Positions 1-12,400 of a DNA stretch of 64,000 nt are shown here, piece by piece. Below the pieces are notes generated by a model. That model saw only the letters and a program-made list of their open reading frames with translations, was not told the origin of the DNA and searched no databases. The DNA lies in NCBI GenBank assembly GCA_013265495.1, contig MU057887.1, positions 2,823,576 to 2,887,575 on the forward strand, given 5' to 3'. Source of the stretch: Vicugna vicugna (lineage: Eukaryota). A program made the translations under genes and the position numbers. Each line of letters starts with the position of its first letter. Position 1 is the first letter of the stretch.

Positions 1-744
1 GCACCTCTCCAGGCACTGCACCCTCTCCTGCCCCCGGCAGACGGGGCCAGGTCCTGCATCCCTTCTCCTGAGCCATCCGATGCAGTCCCTGGGCCCTGGA
101 GGCGGAGAGGGTGCAGATCCCAGCTCAGGGACACTGAGGAGAGGCTGTGCCCCACACGGGAGCCCCTTGCCCAGGCCAGCTGGTCGAGGTCTCCAGAGGT
201 AGGAGTGGAGTCAGGCACCGGCCAGGAGCCCGTGGCCATGTCATGGGGCTGGTGTTCACACAGGGGCCTGCCCACCGGGAGGCCAGACTAGCTGTTCTGG
301 GGCCACACCCCTTGTTGTGAGCCCCCCAGGGCCAGCTCTGCCCCCACTGGGCAGCTTTGCCTGCCCCCTCGCTTCCCCCACAGGCTGCCTGTCCTGTGCC
401 CCAGCCAGGCCGGCACCTCCTTCCACGCCCTCGGCCCCCCTCCCCGCCCTCCACTGCCCTGGGCTCTTTTGTCTCCAGTAATGAGGGCAGCCCTCCACAG
501 CCCACCCATCCTGGCCCTTTTAGATTCCAGGGCCCCTTGGAGAGTCTGATTCCAGAGGGCCCTCTGGTAGGCACGGCATGGTCCGTCTGTGCAGCCGATC
601 CTTGGTCAGCCTTACAGAGGAGGGGCATTCTGACACGTGGAGGACCCTGGCGAACACGACGCCAGCGAAGATGCCGGGCACGGAAGGGCAGGTCCTGCGG
701 GATGACCCTCGTGCGAGGTCGCTGGGGTCAGAGCGCGAGACAGA

Positions 745-930
745 AGGGAGACGGTGGGGCCCAGGGGCTGGGGAGAGGGGAGGTGAGTGTCTAATGGGGA
801 CAGGTTTCAGTTTGGGAAGAAGAGAACGTTCCGGAGGTGATGTGGTGATGGTCGCATGGTGTGAGTGTACTTGGCGCCCCTGAGTAGTCAAGAAGGTGAA
901 TTTTACTCTCTGCATTTTACCAGAATAAAA
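745..930 (+). mobile_element. Ancient L1 (L1MB-like) 3' end fragment
   Basis: G-rich tract, then ctaatggggacaggtttcagtttggga...gtggtgatggtcgc...ttttaccagaataaaaa, resembling the recalled L1MB 3' terminus. Confidence 0.75.
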
Positions 931-3266
931 ACCGAGTAAGTGCGTAAATAGAGGAGGTGGCCTCCCCCAGAGGGACGCACGTGTGCACGTGGATGTGTAC
1001 ACAGACCCCTGCGTGCAGAGGCCCGCAGCCCCTCCCACTAACGGGCTGCAGCGTGGCGGGGCCCTGGATGGCTGCGGGGGTGCTGGTGGGTCCCCACTGT
1101 GTGAACGGGAGGCTCCCCCGGCATCTCCATCGCCCTTAGGGTGGGTGCCCCGTATGACCGCCACCCCCACACCCTGGTGCGCAGCACTGGCCTGAGTCTG
1201 AGCTGTTCCAGGAAGATGCTGTCTGGACAGCGGGTGCCCTGGATGGGAAGCGGGGTGCGTCCCAGAGGGCCCCCGGTGTGCCCTGAGCTCCAGGGGCCGA
1301 GTCGAGGGGCCCCGGGACGTTGGTCAGCTGTGCGCTTTGCCAGCCGCAGGTGCTGGGCAGGCTGACCGTGAACGCTGCCGTCTGTCCTGATTGGCCCCTG
1401 CCGTGCAGGGGAGGAAGGGGTGTGTCTCAGGGCTGAGCTGAGCAGCGGGAGCCGCTCCTGTGTGTGTGTGTGCTGAGGGGCGGGGGTGACGGTGCCCCCG
1501 TTAGCCATGAGGGAAGGCGCAGCGCGGGGCTCCGTCTCCCTCTCCTCCGGTCTGCCCCTGCTCCTGTGACTCAAGCCCTGGGCCTCCTTCCGGCAGAGGG
1601 GAGGCTCCCACTGCCCAAGACTCTGTGCCCAACGGCAAAGCTTCCCGTGGTCCAGGCAAGGGGCTTGCACCCCCGGTTTGGAGTCTCAGCGTCCGAGCCT
1701 GGACCTGATCTGGGACGTTCCCCAGGGCAGGGCTGGCTGGCACTTGTCTTCACCAGGGAAGTGGATTTTGGTCGCTCGGGATGTTGGAGGGCGCGGCTCA
1801 GCCCCAGCTGCCGTGGGCGGCGCCAGGCCCTCTGCTCCTGAAGCACCACCTCCAGGAGCCCAGGTCTGGGGACCGGAGCCTTGGCTGCTGATGTGTCCTG
1901 AGTGGGAGGCGCCTTCTGCGCGGAGGCGAGGCTGAGGCCAGGAGGCCAGGAGGCCGGGAGGGAGGGTGCTCTGCCCCGCCCCCTGTGCATCGCTAGCACT
2001 GTGGGAGGGCACCAGCCCAGGACGGGCCACTTCCAGGCTGGACGTGAAGGCCCGCCTGGTCCAGGGCCGCACAGGAGGGCGTCATCACTAGGAGGGGCAG
2101 TTGATGGGGGAACCGCTGTGTCTGCGCCAGCGTGAAACCTTCAGTGAACTTGCCTGAATGTCAGAGCGACCAACAGGCCCGCCTGCTGGGGACGCGGGGC
2201 GGGTGGAGCGGCACGGATGGCAGGAGTTTCACTTTTACGGCCAGGCAGGCCCAGGCCAGCCAGCAAGGGTCTGTAGATGAGGCAAACTTAGCAGCTTGTT
2301 AACAGCATGGGGTTTGCAACGTGGTGACCAGCTGGGGCCCGTGGGCGCGTGGTGCACTGTCCCTTCCCTGTTGGTGTGAGCATTTTCATGCTGAGCAGCC
2401 AGGGTGAGTGATGGTTCTGAACTCCCACCAACCTGTGGCTGGGATCCCTGGGGGGTGCACGTATGTCCCAGGGGACGGAGAGTGTGGGACTTAGCTGGAA
2501 GGATGCCGTGAATGCCATGTGTTGACCACGCAGCACCAGGGCCCCTGCACAAACGCACGGTGCTCCTGTGACTGTCACGGGGGCACAGGGGCACAGAGCT
2601 GCGAAGCGGGGAGGGGCTGTCCTGGGGCCGCGGGCGGGCAAGGGCCCACGGCTCAGACGTGAGACCGCGTGTGTCATGTGTTTGCTGAGGTCACGCGGCT
2701 TGGACACGCTTTGGTAGCAGGTGTGGAGGCCCACCCTGGGACTCCCGCCGGCCCGGCCACGCCGTCTCCGGCCCTCACCGGCTCCTGCCGCAGGCACACG
2801 GCTCTGGCAGGAGGAGGGAGAGGCTGGAGGCTGAGAGACTGGTCTCCACCCTCAGTCCTGAGGCGTCCACGCAGCGCAGGGCTGGGGTGAGACGTCCTGG
2901 AAGGCGGCTCTGGGCCTGGTCACTTGGCACCGGGCTGAGCCCAATGGGCAGAGGACCTAAGAGCCCCGTGGTGAGGACGTGGGGTGGGGCAGCTAGACCC
3001 TGGGAACAGCGAGGTGTCTGACCCGGAAAGGCTGATGGCTCTGGTCCAGTGGACATGGAACTCATGTGGGTCAGCAGTGGCCCTGAGGGCCCGTGGGTGC
3101 CGTGGGGGCCTGAGCACCTCTGGGAGGAGGGCCGTCTGGATGCCAGGCTCGCCCGTCTCCAGACACCTGGGTCTTGTCTCCATCACGGTGAGTGGACCAG
3201 CTGGACAACACGAGGAACACCCTCCTGGGAGCCTCGGTTTTTGTGCTCACTCGGTGACACCCAGCA

Positions 3267-3580
3267 TGTGGCCAGCGGAATAACGCACCCCCCCATGGAT
3301 GCCCACGTCCTGACCCCCGGACCACGCGGTGTCCCCGCACCTGGCGAAAGGGCTCTCAGGTGATTAAGCTGGGGGCCTCGTGTTGGGAAGTTATCCCAGG
3401 GTATTGAGTGTCTTCAAAGCGGTCAAGAGGGTCCTCACAAAGTGGAGGCAGGAAGGTCAGAGGAGAAAGCAGGGGATGTGACAACGGAGGCAGAGGTTGG
3501 AGAAAAGTGAGGAAGGGGCCCAGGAGCCAAGGAAGGCGATGCCTCCGGAAGCTGGGAGGTCAGGGCCCCCACCTGCCCTG
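3267..3580 (+). mobile_element. MaLR LTR, MLT1C/D-like, partial
   Basis: tgtgg...gatgcccacgtcctga...gtgattaag...agggtcctcacaaagtggaggcaggaaggtcagag...gatgtgacaacggaggcagagg...gagccaagga...gaagctgg, collinear with the recalled MLT1D consensus. Confidence 0.8.
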
Positions 3581-4339
3581 GAAGGAGGCGCCCACACTTG
3601 ACCTGGGCCCTGCAGGCTCCCTTCAGGCTCCGGAGCTGGGTGGGGTAACCTTGCGTCACTGGAGGCCACGCTCCTGACGTCTGCTGAGGCAGCGCAAGAT
3701 GTTCGCTCCCAGCCTGTGGTGCACCTGTCCTGGGCCCCCCACCCCACTGCCCGCTCACTGCCAGGTGACCCATGAAAGCAGCAGGAACAGGACGGTCCCT
3801 CCCGATCGCCCCCTCCTGGGAGGGGAGGCTGGTGCTCAAGGGACCCCGGGGCGGGCTGCTCGTCAGAGTCAGCTCTGTTCCCCGCTGAGGTGTCTGTAGG
3901 GCATTCCAGCTGGGCGGCGGGCTGCGAGGTCTGGTACGCACCCTCAAACCCCTCCATAGACATGGTCCCCGGGGGCGTGCAGGCCCCGTGGGAGGGCACA
4001 TCCACGCCCCACCCACTGGGGCAGGGCTCGGCTCAGAGCCTTTGGTCAGTGATAGCCTCTGCCAGTCCTGAGAGCCCCACCCCCTGGGTGCTGTTTACGC
4101 CCATTTCTCAGGTCGGGAACCTGAGGCAGAGCCTGGACGCAACCCGTGCGCCTGGTGTGCGTGGAGACAGACGTGATGGCTGGTGGTCCTGACGAGGGGC
4201 TTCCCCTACTGCCCTCCAGCACCACCCCCACCGATGGGCACGGAGCAGCCTTCCCCGGTGGATGCGCAGAGAGGGCGGGCCCTCTGTCCACGTGGGGTGC
4301 TCCACGCCGTGTTCCCGCCTGCACAACTTCTTACTCCCT

Positions 4340-4510
4340 TCTGCAGCGTCGATTGAATTACAAAAAGCTGTCCATGCAGCCTTGAAACAAGAGACCTCGT
4401 AAACACTTTATTGGAACAAGCTCATGGTCTGCTTGCTCATAAAGGTGCCCCGGACGGCTCCACCCGGCGCCAGGCAAGTGATTGGCTGGCTTCATGTTCA
4501 TTGTCAGCAA
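4340..4510. promoter_or_regulatory. AT-rich island with HOX/FOX motifs (enhancer candidate)
   Basis: CTCGTAAA 4396, GTAAACA 4399, TTTATTGG 4407, CTCATAAA 4436, TGATTGG 4479. Motif evidence only. Confidence 0.4.
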
Positions 4511-5699
4511 ACAGGCCATCTAGGCGCGTGGCAGCACGCAGAGCTGTGCTGCGTGGCCTCTGGCCCGTCCAGAACCGAGATCAGCCAGGTGGGTGTCCTG
4601 GCCCCTGTGTGGCAAAGCTGCTTGACTCCCGTCCGGTACCCCTGCCTCTGCCCCGCTGGCCGCGGGCCTGGCGTCGCCTGGCTTCCCTGCCCTGCTGCTC
4701 TTCGCGGAGTTTCAGCAGGAAGCAGTGCTGACGGGACCGGGGCACACATGAGCTGGTCGACTTCCCAGGGCGCTGGTCAGCCTCCGGCCTCAGTGTCCTC
4801 GCTCTCAGTCAGAGCTGGGACTTTCTTGTCCTGGTTCCCTCCTCGGTCCGGCCCCGATTTCCATGTTGGAGGCTCCATCTATCCCATGATTGACAGCCAG
4901 GGGCACCCAGGGGTGCAGGACGCAGGTGGACCCCAGGCTTCTAGAGCCCCCGTCAGGGAGGACTTACGTGAACCCGGGCAGACCCTCACCTTACAGGCCG
5001 GGGCCTGAGTGTTGCACCGGACGGGAGTGGTGGCTTCAGGTCGGGGACAGGGCCTCAGCAGCCAGGCTGCCAGGGAGAGCCCTTCGCCTCCGACGTCGCA
5101 GACCCACCTCCTGTGTCTCTGAGCTGCACACGCACAAGTCTCAGGACCTCAGGCACCACAACCTGGGTTTCTGTGGGACGCAGAGCTGCAGGTGTCTCCT
5201 TGAAACACCAAGGTCAAGTCCAGCAGGAAAGGAAGAAAGAGCAGGAAGGAGTGCGAGCCGGAGTCCAGTGGCCGGGCCCCAGGAGGGAGGGGAGAGGCGA
5301 CCGCGGGCACACTGCCGTCCTCGGACGGTCCCGCCTCTTGCCCTGCGCCGCACTGAGCTTCAGAGACTGTATTTTGTCCCGTGACTGACGGCTCAGGCTT
5401 CCCCAAAGTGAGACCTCTGGGGCCTGAGCCCAGCGCCCAGGCTCCGGAAGGCGCTGCCTGTCAGCCTTCTAGCCTTGCCCTGAACTCCTACCCCGTGCTT
5501 TTCCGATGTGCCGCCCCCACCCCTGCTGCAGGGAGCCCTGGGCCACGTCTGCTGCCTGGGAGTGGCCGCCCCTCCTAGGTACGCGGGCAGTCAGGGCTTG
5601 TGGGTGGTGGCACCTCCGACGTCTTCCACAGTGGACCTCGGGCTCCCTAGGGTGTGGGAGTCAGGGGTGCCGGAAGGAGCACTGGAAAGGGTCTGGGCC

Positions 5700-5770
5700 A
5701 TGACAGTCACTCAGTCATCCAACAAACGCTCATTAGCCCTGCCCTGTGCCCGGAGCTGGGACAGAGAATT
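5700..5770 (-). mobile_element. L2 3' tail remnant
   Basis: tcactcagtcatccaacaaacgctcatt...ctgtgcc resembles the reverse-strand L2 tail (ttcattcattcaacaaatatttattgag...tgtgccagg). Short and degenerate. Confidence 0.4.
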
Positions 5771-6649
5771 CTCCTCTGCTGGGGGACCCTTTGGCCTCCG
5801 TGTGCTGCCTACCACATGAAGCCCTGCGCTGCGGCCCAGAGGGGCCGCCTTCTTATCTGACTGGCGAGCCGCCTGGGGATCCTGTCTGTGCCGGGCTGGG
5901 GCCCCCGTGCACAGTGACCTGCAATGACCACCAGGGGCCACACGTTCCAGGCAGGCTGCGGGCCTTCTCTGACGGGTGGTGGGCCCCACGCCCCCGCTGT
6001 GACGCCCAGGCGCCCAGGCCGGCGTCCTGCCCCACCCCCGGGGACCGCGCAGGAGCTGGCCCAGCCGGCTCTCTCCCCGCCGGGCCCCAGGCCTCCAGCC
6101 CGCGATGCTCCCGTGTTTTCTCTTCTTGGGAAAGGAGCTGGAGAAGAAGCCCCTGGGCCGTGGGCCGAGCAGGGCTGGGCGCCAGGTGTCTCCGGAGCCC
6201 CTTCTCCAGAGGGGGCCTCTGCACCTGCCTGCTCCCCTCTGCGGTGAGCGGGAGAGGGCGGTAAAACACCTGGAAACCACCTGGCGGTGCGGGGCTCTTC
6301 GGAGGCTCAGGCAGCCCTCCGCCTCCCGAGGGTGCGGCTGGGAGCCAGGCTGTGTCCTAGGGGTTCACGGGCTCAGACGCCAAAGGCCCCGCTGACTGCC
6401 GTGTCCCCCAAATTCTTCTGCTGTCTTCACCTTCCAGTGGCCGAGGTGAGGGCAGTCAGAGACAGCAGGTGTCCACTCGCGTGCGGGGGGCGGGCCCTGG
6501 GCACCGAGGGGTGCCTGGAGACGGGGCAGGGTCGCAGGGGACAGGCCGGGGGGCCGTTTCCCACGTCAGATGCTGGCACAGCCCCCGGGGGCGTCTGTGG
6601 GCTCCTCGGCGTACACGCGGTGGGGACGTCATGTCCTTTGTCATTTCCA

Positions 6650-9440
6650 CGAGCATTTTAATAGAAATCGGTTGTTTGGGTTTTTTTAAGTTTTAGGTTT
6701 ACAGAAAAGTTGTGAAGATAGTTCAGAAAGTCCCCACGCGTCCTGTGCACACTCCCGCCGTCATCAGCTCCTTGGGACGGTTTGGGGCGCTGGCTGCAGT
6801 GAAGTGGGCGGGACTGTTATGTCGTCATTAGCTGAAGTGCACGCATTTCGCAGAACTCCTTACCTTTTGTCTCATGTCCGTTTTCTGTCCGGGACCCCAT
6901 CCTGGCCCCCACACACCAGTCAGACGTTCTGTTTCCTTGGACTCCCCCCAACTGCCCGTTTCTCAGACTTGCCTCGATTTTGAATGGCTTGACAGTCTGA
7001 GGGAGCCCGGCAGGTGTTTTGTGAAACAGTCCCTCCACTAGGTCTGGTCGGATGGCTTCCTCGTGATTTGACAGGGGTTGTGGGTTTGAGGGAAGTGAAG
7101 GGACAGCCCCACCCCATCACACCTGGGCACCGCCGTCCACTCCTGGTCCCTGCGATGCTGACCTCGGTCACCTGGCTGAGGTGTGCTTGGCCAGCATCTC
7201 CTTCTGAAGTTCCTCTTTTTTCTCTCCCCATCCTGGTCTCTTTGGGAGGAAGGCACTGCCCAGCGCAGGACTAAGGGGTGGGGAGCCATGCCGCGGGCCC
7301 CGTGGGCGGGTTCTGCACCTGCAGGCATTGTCCCCCGTGTGGTAACCGGTCCAGGCGCCCCGCGTCAGCGTGGACGCACAGACTCTCTATACTTGGAGCG
7401 AGGACCCTGTTCCGCGCTGTTTAGCTGACTGGTCAAGCTTAGCTTTGACCACTGGGGGCTCCCGTGTGCCTCTGACTCGCCCGTCCCCGACCAGGGATTT
7501 TGTGTTTGTTGTGGAGCACTTCTCTCCTTCTAGAGGCACCACAAGATGCTCCAGGCCGTATCTTTCCTACCCAATCCTTAAATCAGCCATTTCTCCGAGG
7601 AGGCCTGGCTCCCTCTGGGACGGTGGTGGTGGAGACCACGAGCGGGAGCTCCTGGGGCCCCCAGCTGGCAGAGCCAGGGAATACGTATGGGCGCTCGCCC
7701 TTGTACACACACATCTGTATCTGTGTCTGCATCTGTGTCCACGTTAGGCTGAATGTGTCTCAGCGCTGAGCCATCGCCACGTGGACCGTCCCCACCCTCC
7801 TCTCCTTGCCCACCTGACCTCCCTCCCGGAGCAGCACTGAGGACCCTGCCTCCACCACCCACCATTCGCCTGGTCCTCGGTGGGTTCAGGGGTCGATGTG
7901 TTGCAGTACCAGAGTGGTCCTTCTGTGTCCCTCAGGAGCGACACGTCAGCTGGGGACAGTGCCTGCAGGCCCCCCGACCCCGCCATCTCCATGGACACAG
8001 GGCAGCTCTTCTCCCCGCCCCCCAGCAAGGTGGGTTTGTACATTTCCAGCAGGTGAGGTGCCCCCGACACCATCTGGACCCCTTCCTGGGACTCCCCCAA
8101 CCTCCTAAGTGACTTGATCACGTTTGGGTGCACGAGGGATCTCTGTGTCGTGAAGTAATGCAGCTCTGGCAATCTTGTAACGCCACGTGCTCTCCTTGCA
8201 GTGTTACCCAGGACAGTGTCACTGGCCCGAAGTCCCCCTGTGCGCCACCTCTCCCCCGCCTCCCCTCCCGCCGTGCCCGCCCGTCTCCTGCCCTCTCCTC
8301 CCCAAACCTCTGGCAACCCCTGATCTCTATTCCATCTTTATGGCGCTGTCTTTTCCGGAACGTCCTATAGGTGGAAACCACCCAGAACGTAGCCTGTTCT
8401 CATCGGCTTCTTCGGCTCAGTGACATGACGTGGGGCCCCCCGTGCGGCTCTGAGCTCCAGATCTCCTCTCTTTTTAGTGCTGAGTGCTGTCCCGTCGTCT
8501 GGCTGCACCAGTGTTTGCTTATCCGCTCAGCACCAAAGGCATCTTGGCTGCTTCCGGTTTGGGGCCATTACGAGTAAGAAGTTTCTGTGAAGTTTCAGTC
8601 GCGTGTAGCTTCCTTTTCTTGTACGTGGACAGACGGCTTCGAATCCGTATGAGTAAGTACTTAGGAGCGTGAGTGCTGGCTCGGACGGTGAAGACGTGCT
8701 TAGCTCTGCGAGGAGCCGACCGTCCTCCCGAGCGGCTGCACCGCGCCTGCACCGAGCGCGCGCGCCAGCTGCTCCACATCCTGTCCAGCGTTTGACGGTG
8801 TCGGCGCTCCGCGTTCTGGCCACCGTACCGGCTGTGCCGTGACGTCTCCCGGCAGGTTAACTTGGAATTTCCGGATGACGAGTGAGGTCGAGGTCTTTTC
8901 GCGCCGCGTCTGGGGACGTGTGTGTTCGGACTGTCGGCCCGCTTTCCAGCTGGGGTGTTTGTTTGCCTGTCATGGAGTTTTATGTGTTCGTGTGTACTTG
9001 GGACACACGTGCTTGGTCGGATGTGGGTTTGCACGCCTTGTCCTCCATCCGTGGCTTGTCTTTCACCCTCTTAGTGGTGTCCTTTGGGAACGGAAAGCTT
9101 TAACGTTAGCAACGCCTGCTTTACCAGCTTTTCTCCTCCCTGGACCATGCTTCCCGCGTCCTGACGGCTCCCCACCACGCGGCAGGGCCCACGGAGTCTC
9201 CTCGCTTTCTTCTAGGCGTTTTACGTCACTGTGTGTGTCTAGACCCCGTTGAGCTGCTTCCGTGAAGCTCAGAAGGTCGGGTCTGGGTCACTTTTGCCCA
9301 CGTGGATCTGGTATTGGAGCGGCTCCTGTGGGAAGGTGACCCTTCCTCGTGGGGTCGCCTTTGCTTCTTGGCTGGAGACCAGTCGTCTTGAGAGGGTTCG
9401 GTCTGTGCTTTGGGGCCTTTGGCCCAAGCAGCACCAGCCG
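6650..9440 (-). mobile_element. Ancient L1MC-family element (3' UTR plus end of ORF2), strongly GC-shifted
   Basis: Collinear landmarks: ttttaggtttacagaaaagttg (6692), caagatgctccaggc (7543), aatcagccatttctcc (7581), ctggcaacccctgatct (8310), gctccacatcct (8771), tcttctaggcgtttta (9208). Confidence 0.85.
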
Positions 9441-12400
9441 TCCCTCCGAGGCCATGACCCCGCCCGCCCCTTGCGTCCTGCCATCCACAGAGATGCACGT
9501 TGAGACGGGAAAGAGGGTTTTCAGTCAGCACCTTGGCCTGGGCCCTGCCGCCCTGGAACCCACAAAGGCAGGCAGCTGGGGGCTGGGCTGCTCTGGACTT
9601 CCTGGGCCTCCGCGGCCGGGCCCTCCCAAGGCAGGGTTGTCGGGGCAGGACTGTCGGCGCCACTTCCCCGTCTCCCGCCCTGCAGTGGGCTTGTGGCGGG
9701 CAGCTGAGGGGCTGGGAGAGGCGGCTTCCAGGCACCCTGGGGGTGGTGAAACCGCCTTCGTCCACGGGCCCCTCAGGGCGGGCGGGGCCGGGAGCTGCCC
9801 ACAGCCCTGCGCCCTGTGGTGCTGCTGGTGGGGTCACCCTGGAGCCCTAGGACAACCCAGGAAGGAGAGCTCCTCGTGCCAGCCGGGCCCGCAGGTGCCC
9901 CTCCCGGAAGAGGAGACACTCGTGAGTGACCAGGCTGCTGACACCCTGCTGGGCACAGGCCCGTGCACCCTGACCCTGCGACTCCTCTGGGCTCCGGGTG
10001 TCCGGGGAGCCCCAGGGCATCACACCTGCTGTGCGGGGAGTGGGGCCTGGACGGGCCCCAGGCCTGGAGCTGACTCACCCGAGGTGGGGTCGGGGGCCGG
10101 AGCCAGGGAGGCCGAGCCTCAGAGCCTCGGTCTGCCCTTTGCTGCTGACACAGCAGGTGCCAGATTCTCTAACGGGCTCAGTGGGCAGAACGTGCCAGGC
10201 TCTTTCTCTCTGAGGGAGGCGGTCACCCCTCTGTGCCCAGTGCCCCCCCACGCCCCGGCTCTGACCAGCAGTGAGACCCTGGGAGGGGTGGGCTGGGCCC
10301 TGCGCGAGCAGCTGCCAGGTTTCCTGGCCTCTCTGGCGAGGGCCAGCGCCACCTGGGTCCCCAGCCTGCAGTGGACACCCCGTCCCTGGTTGCAGAGTGG
10401 TGCTGGCCTGCCTTTTATCGACCTTTGCAAAGTCGTAAACTGCAGCGTAATTACCCGTGTCTGCGATGCTGTGCCAACAGCGTTCCGGTCCAGCTCGGCC
10501 CGGGCCGGGGCCACCGGGACCCGCCAGCCGCGCTCGCCTCATCAACAGACACATTCGCGAGGATAATTGACAGGGAGCCAGCTGGACAGCCAGGGCTTCA
10601 TCGCGGACGTCTCAGGGCAGAGCTCGCTGCCTCGAGGAGACCAGTGAAAGCGATCTGTCCCTTTACTGTCCCTGCGCTCACGCCTGTGCGTCAGCCGGGA
10701 GCTGGGCCCCGGGCCAGCGCCGCATCCTGGCTGAACCTCTGCCGGGAACCAGCGCCCGGGCAGGGGCAGAAAGTGCAGCCTGCTGGGGGGCGGGTTGAGG
10801 TCTCGGCTCCTTTGGTTCTTCTACCCGAAACCAGGCATCCAGGCCTGAGGCCCAGCCTGGTTGGAGCCCCGACCTCCCCCCGACAGACCCGGGGGCCGCA
10901 GGGCCGCTGCGGGAAGGGCTGGGGAGGACGGGGGCCCTGTGGTGTCTCCTGGGTTTGGAGCACACCCCAGGGTCCGGGGCTCACCTTCAGAGCCCAGCCA
11001 CCCCGCTCCGCTCCCCCAGACGGCTCCCGGAGCCTCGGCCGCTCCTGAAGGTCGGGTGAGCCCAGCCGCTGGACGAGGCCTGAGGTCCTGGCCCCTCCAC
11101 CGGCCAGGCCGGGCGGCAGGCCGGCCGCCTCGGGTTCCTGGCGGGAGCTGCAGCCCCACAGGCGCGGTTCCCGCGAGGCACCCTGTCCTGACGTGCGTCC
11201 TCCTGCGGGCAGGGCTGCCTCCACGCCCTCCCTGCATTTCCAGAAGGGAGCCGGCCTGGAGAGACCTCCTAGGTGGGAGGTGGCCCTCCCGGGCCCAGAC
11301 GTGGGGTCCCTGTCCCTCCAACGCCCAGGCTTGAGGTCCCAGCAGAACCCAGAGAGGGGGCCATGCGGCTGTGTTGGTGCCCTGCTGTCCCTGCGCTTGC
11401 CACCTGGCCGTCTCCCTGTGACCACGTCAGGGCCCCGGGCCATGCGGTCAGACCACGTCCCGCAGATCACAGCCCTGACAGCCTCGGGCCTCACCACCCA
11501 GCTCCAGGAAGCAGCGCTCACAGCACGGCAGGTGCACCGCCTGCTGTGCGGGGACGCAGGCAACAGCCCCTCTGCTGGGACCCGAGCCTCTTTCCTGCTC
11601 TCGCCTTGAGAGGCCCCGGCGTGTGGCCGAGACATCCCAGAGCTTGTCTGCGGTGACGTGTGGAAGGACAGCAGCCGGTCCCCCCAGTGCGGGGCCTGAG
11701 TTCTCTCCAAGGAGCAGACACACGTCCTGCCCCGCAGGGCGGGGGGGCTTCAGGGCCGGCCAGCCACGCTGCCCAGGGCGGGGCCTGGGACAGTCTCTTA
11801 ACCCAAACCATCTTATCACCGGTGATTGACATTCAGCGTGAAGCCTGCGTCCTCTGGTCCCTGCCACAGCCGTGTCTTCTGAGAGGTCATCCCTCGCCCT
11901 CGGGGTCCGAGCGGCCAGGGCACAGGGGCTCCCTCTGAGCCGGAGCCCCCGACGTGGCCCAGCCGTGGTCTGGGGGGGAGCAGCCTCCTTGAGCTGCAGG
12001 CGGCAGGAGGACCAGCAGGGCCCATTTGTGACCTGTGAGGAGGCTGGGAGATGCTCGGGCCACTCAGCCTCCATCCTCCTCCCACCGCCGCCAGCTCTGC
12101 CCCGGGCCCGCGCCCCGTCCCTGCCCGCCCAGAGCCACACCTGGAGGCCTTTCCCTTCCGCCCTGCGAGCCGGGCCGGCCCGCCCCGGCCAGCCTCAGTG
12201 GCCCTTGGGTGTCAGGCCTGGGGCCACCAGCCAGGACATGTGTGCTGCAGCGGCCGTAGGAGGGAACCGCGCTCTTACCAGTTCAGCACAACACAACACA
12301 AACGTCTCCCCCTGCCGTTCTGCAGGGCACAGTGGAGATGGGCCCCTCTGAGCCGAGGTCAAGGTGGAGGCAGGGGGCAGTCCAGGCTGATTGTCCCCTC

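Noticed and set aside
9525-9544. REST/RE1-like TCAGCACCTTGGCCTGGGCC
   Set aside because: The left half is good, but the conserved GGACAG core has two mismatches (GGCCTG).
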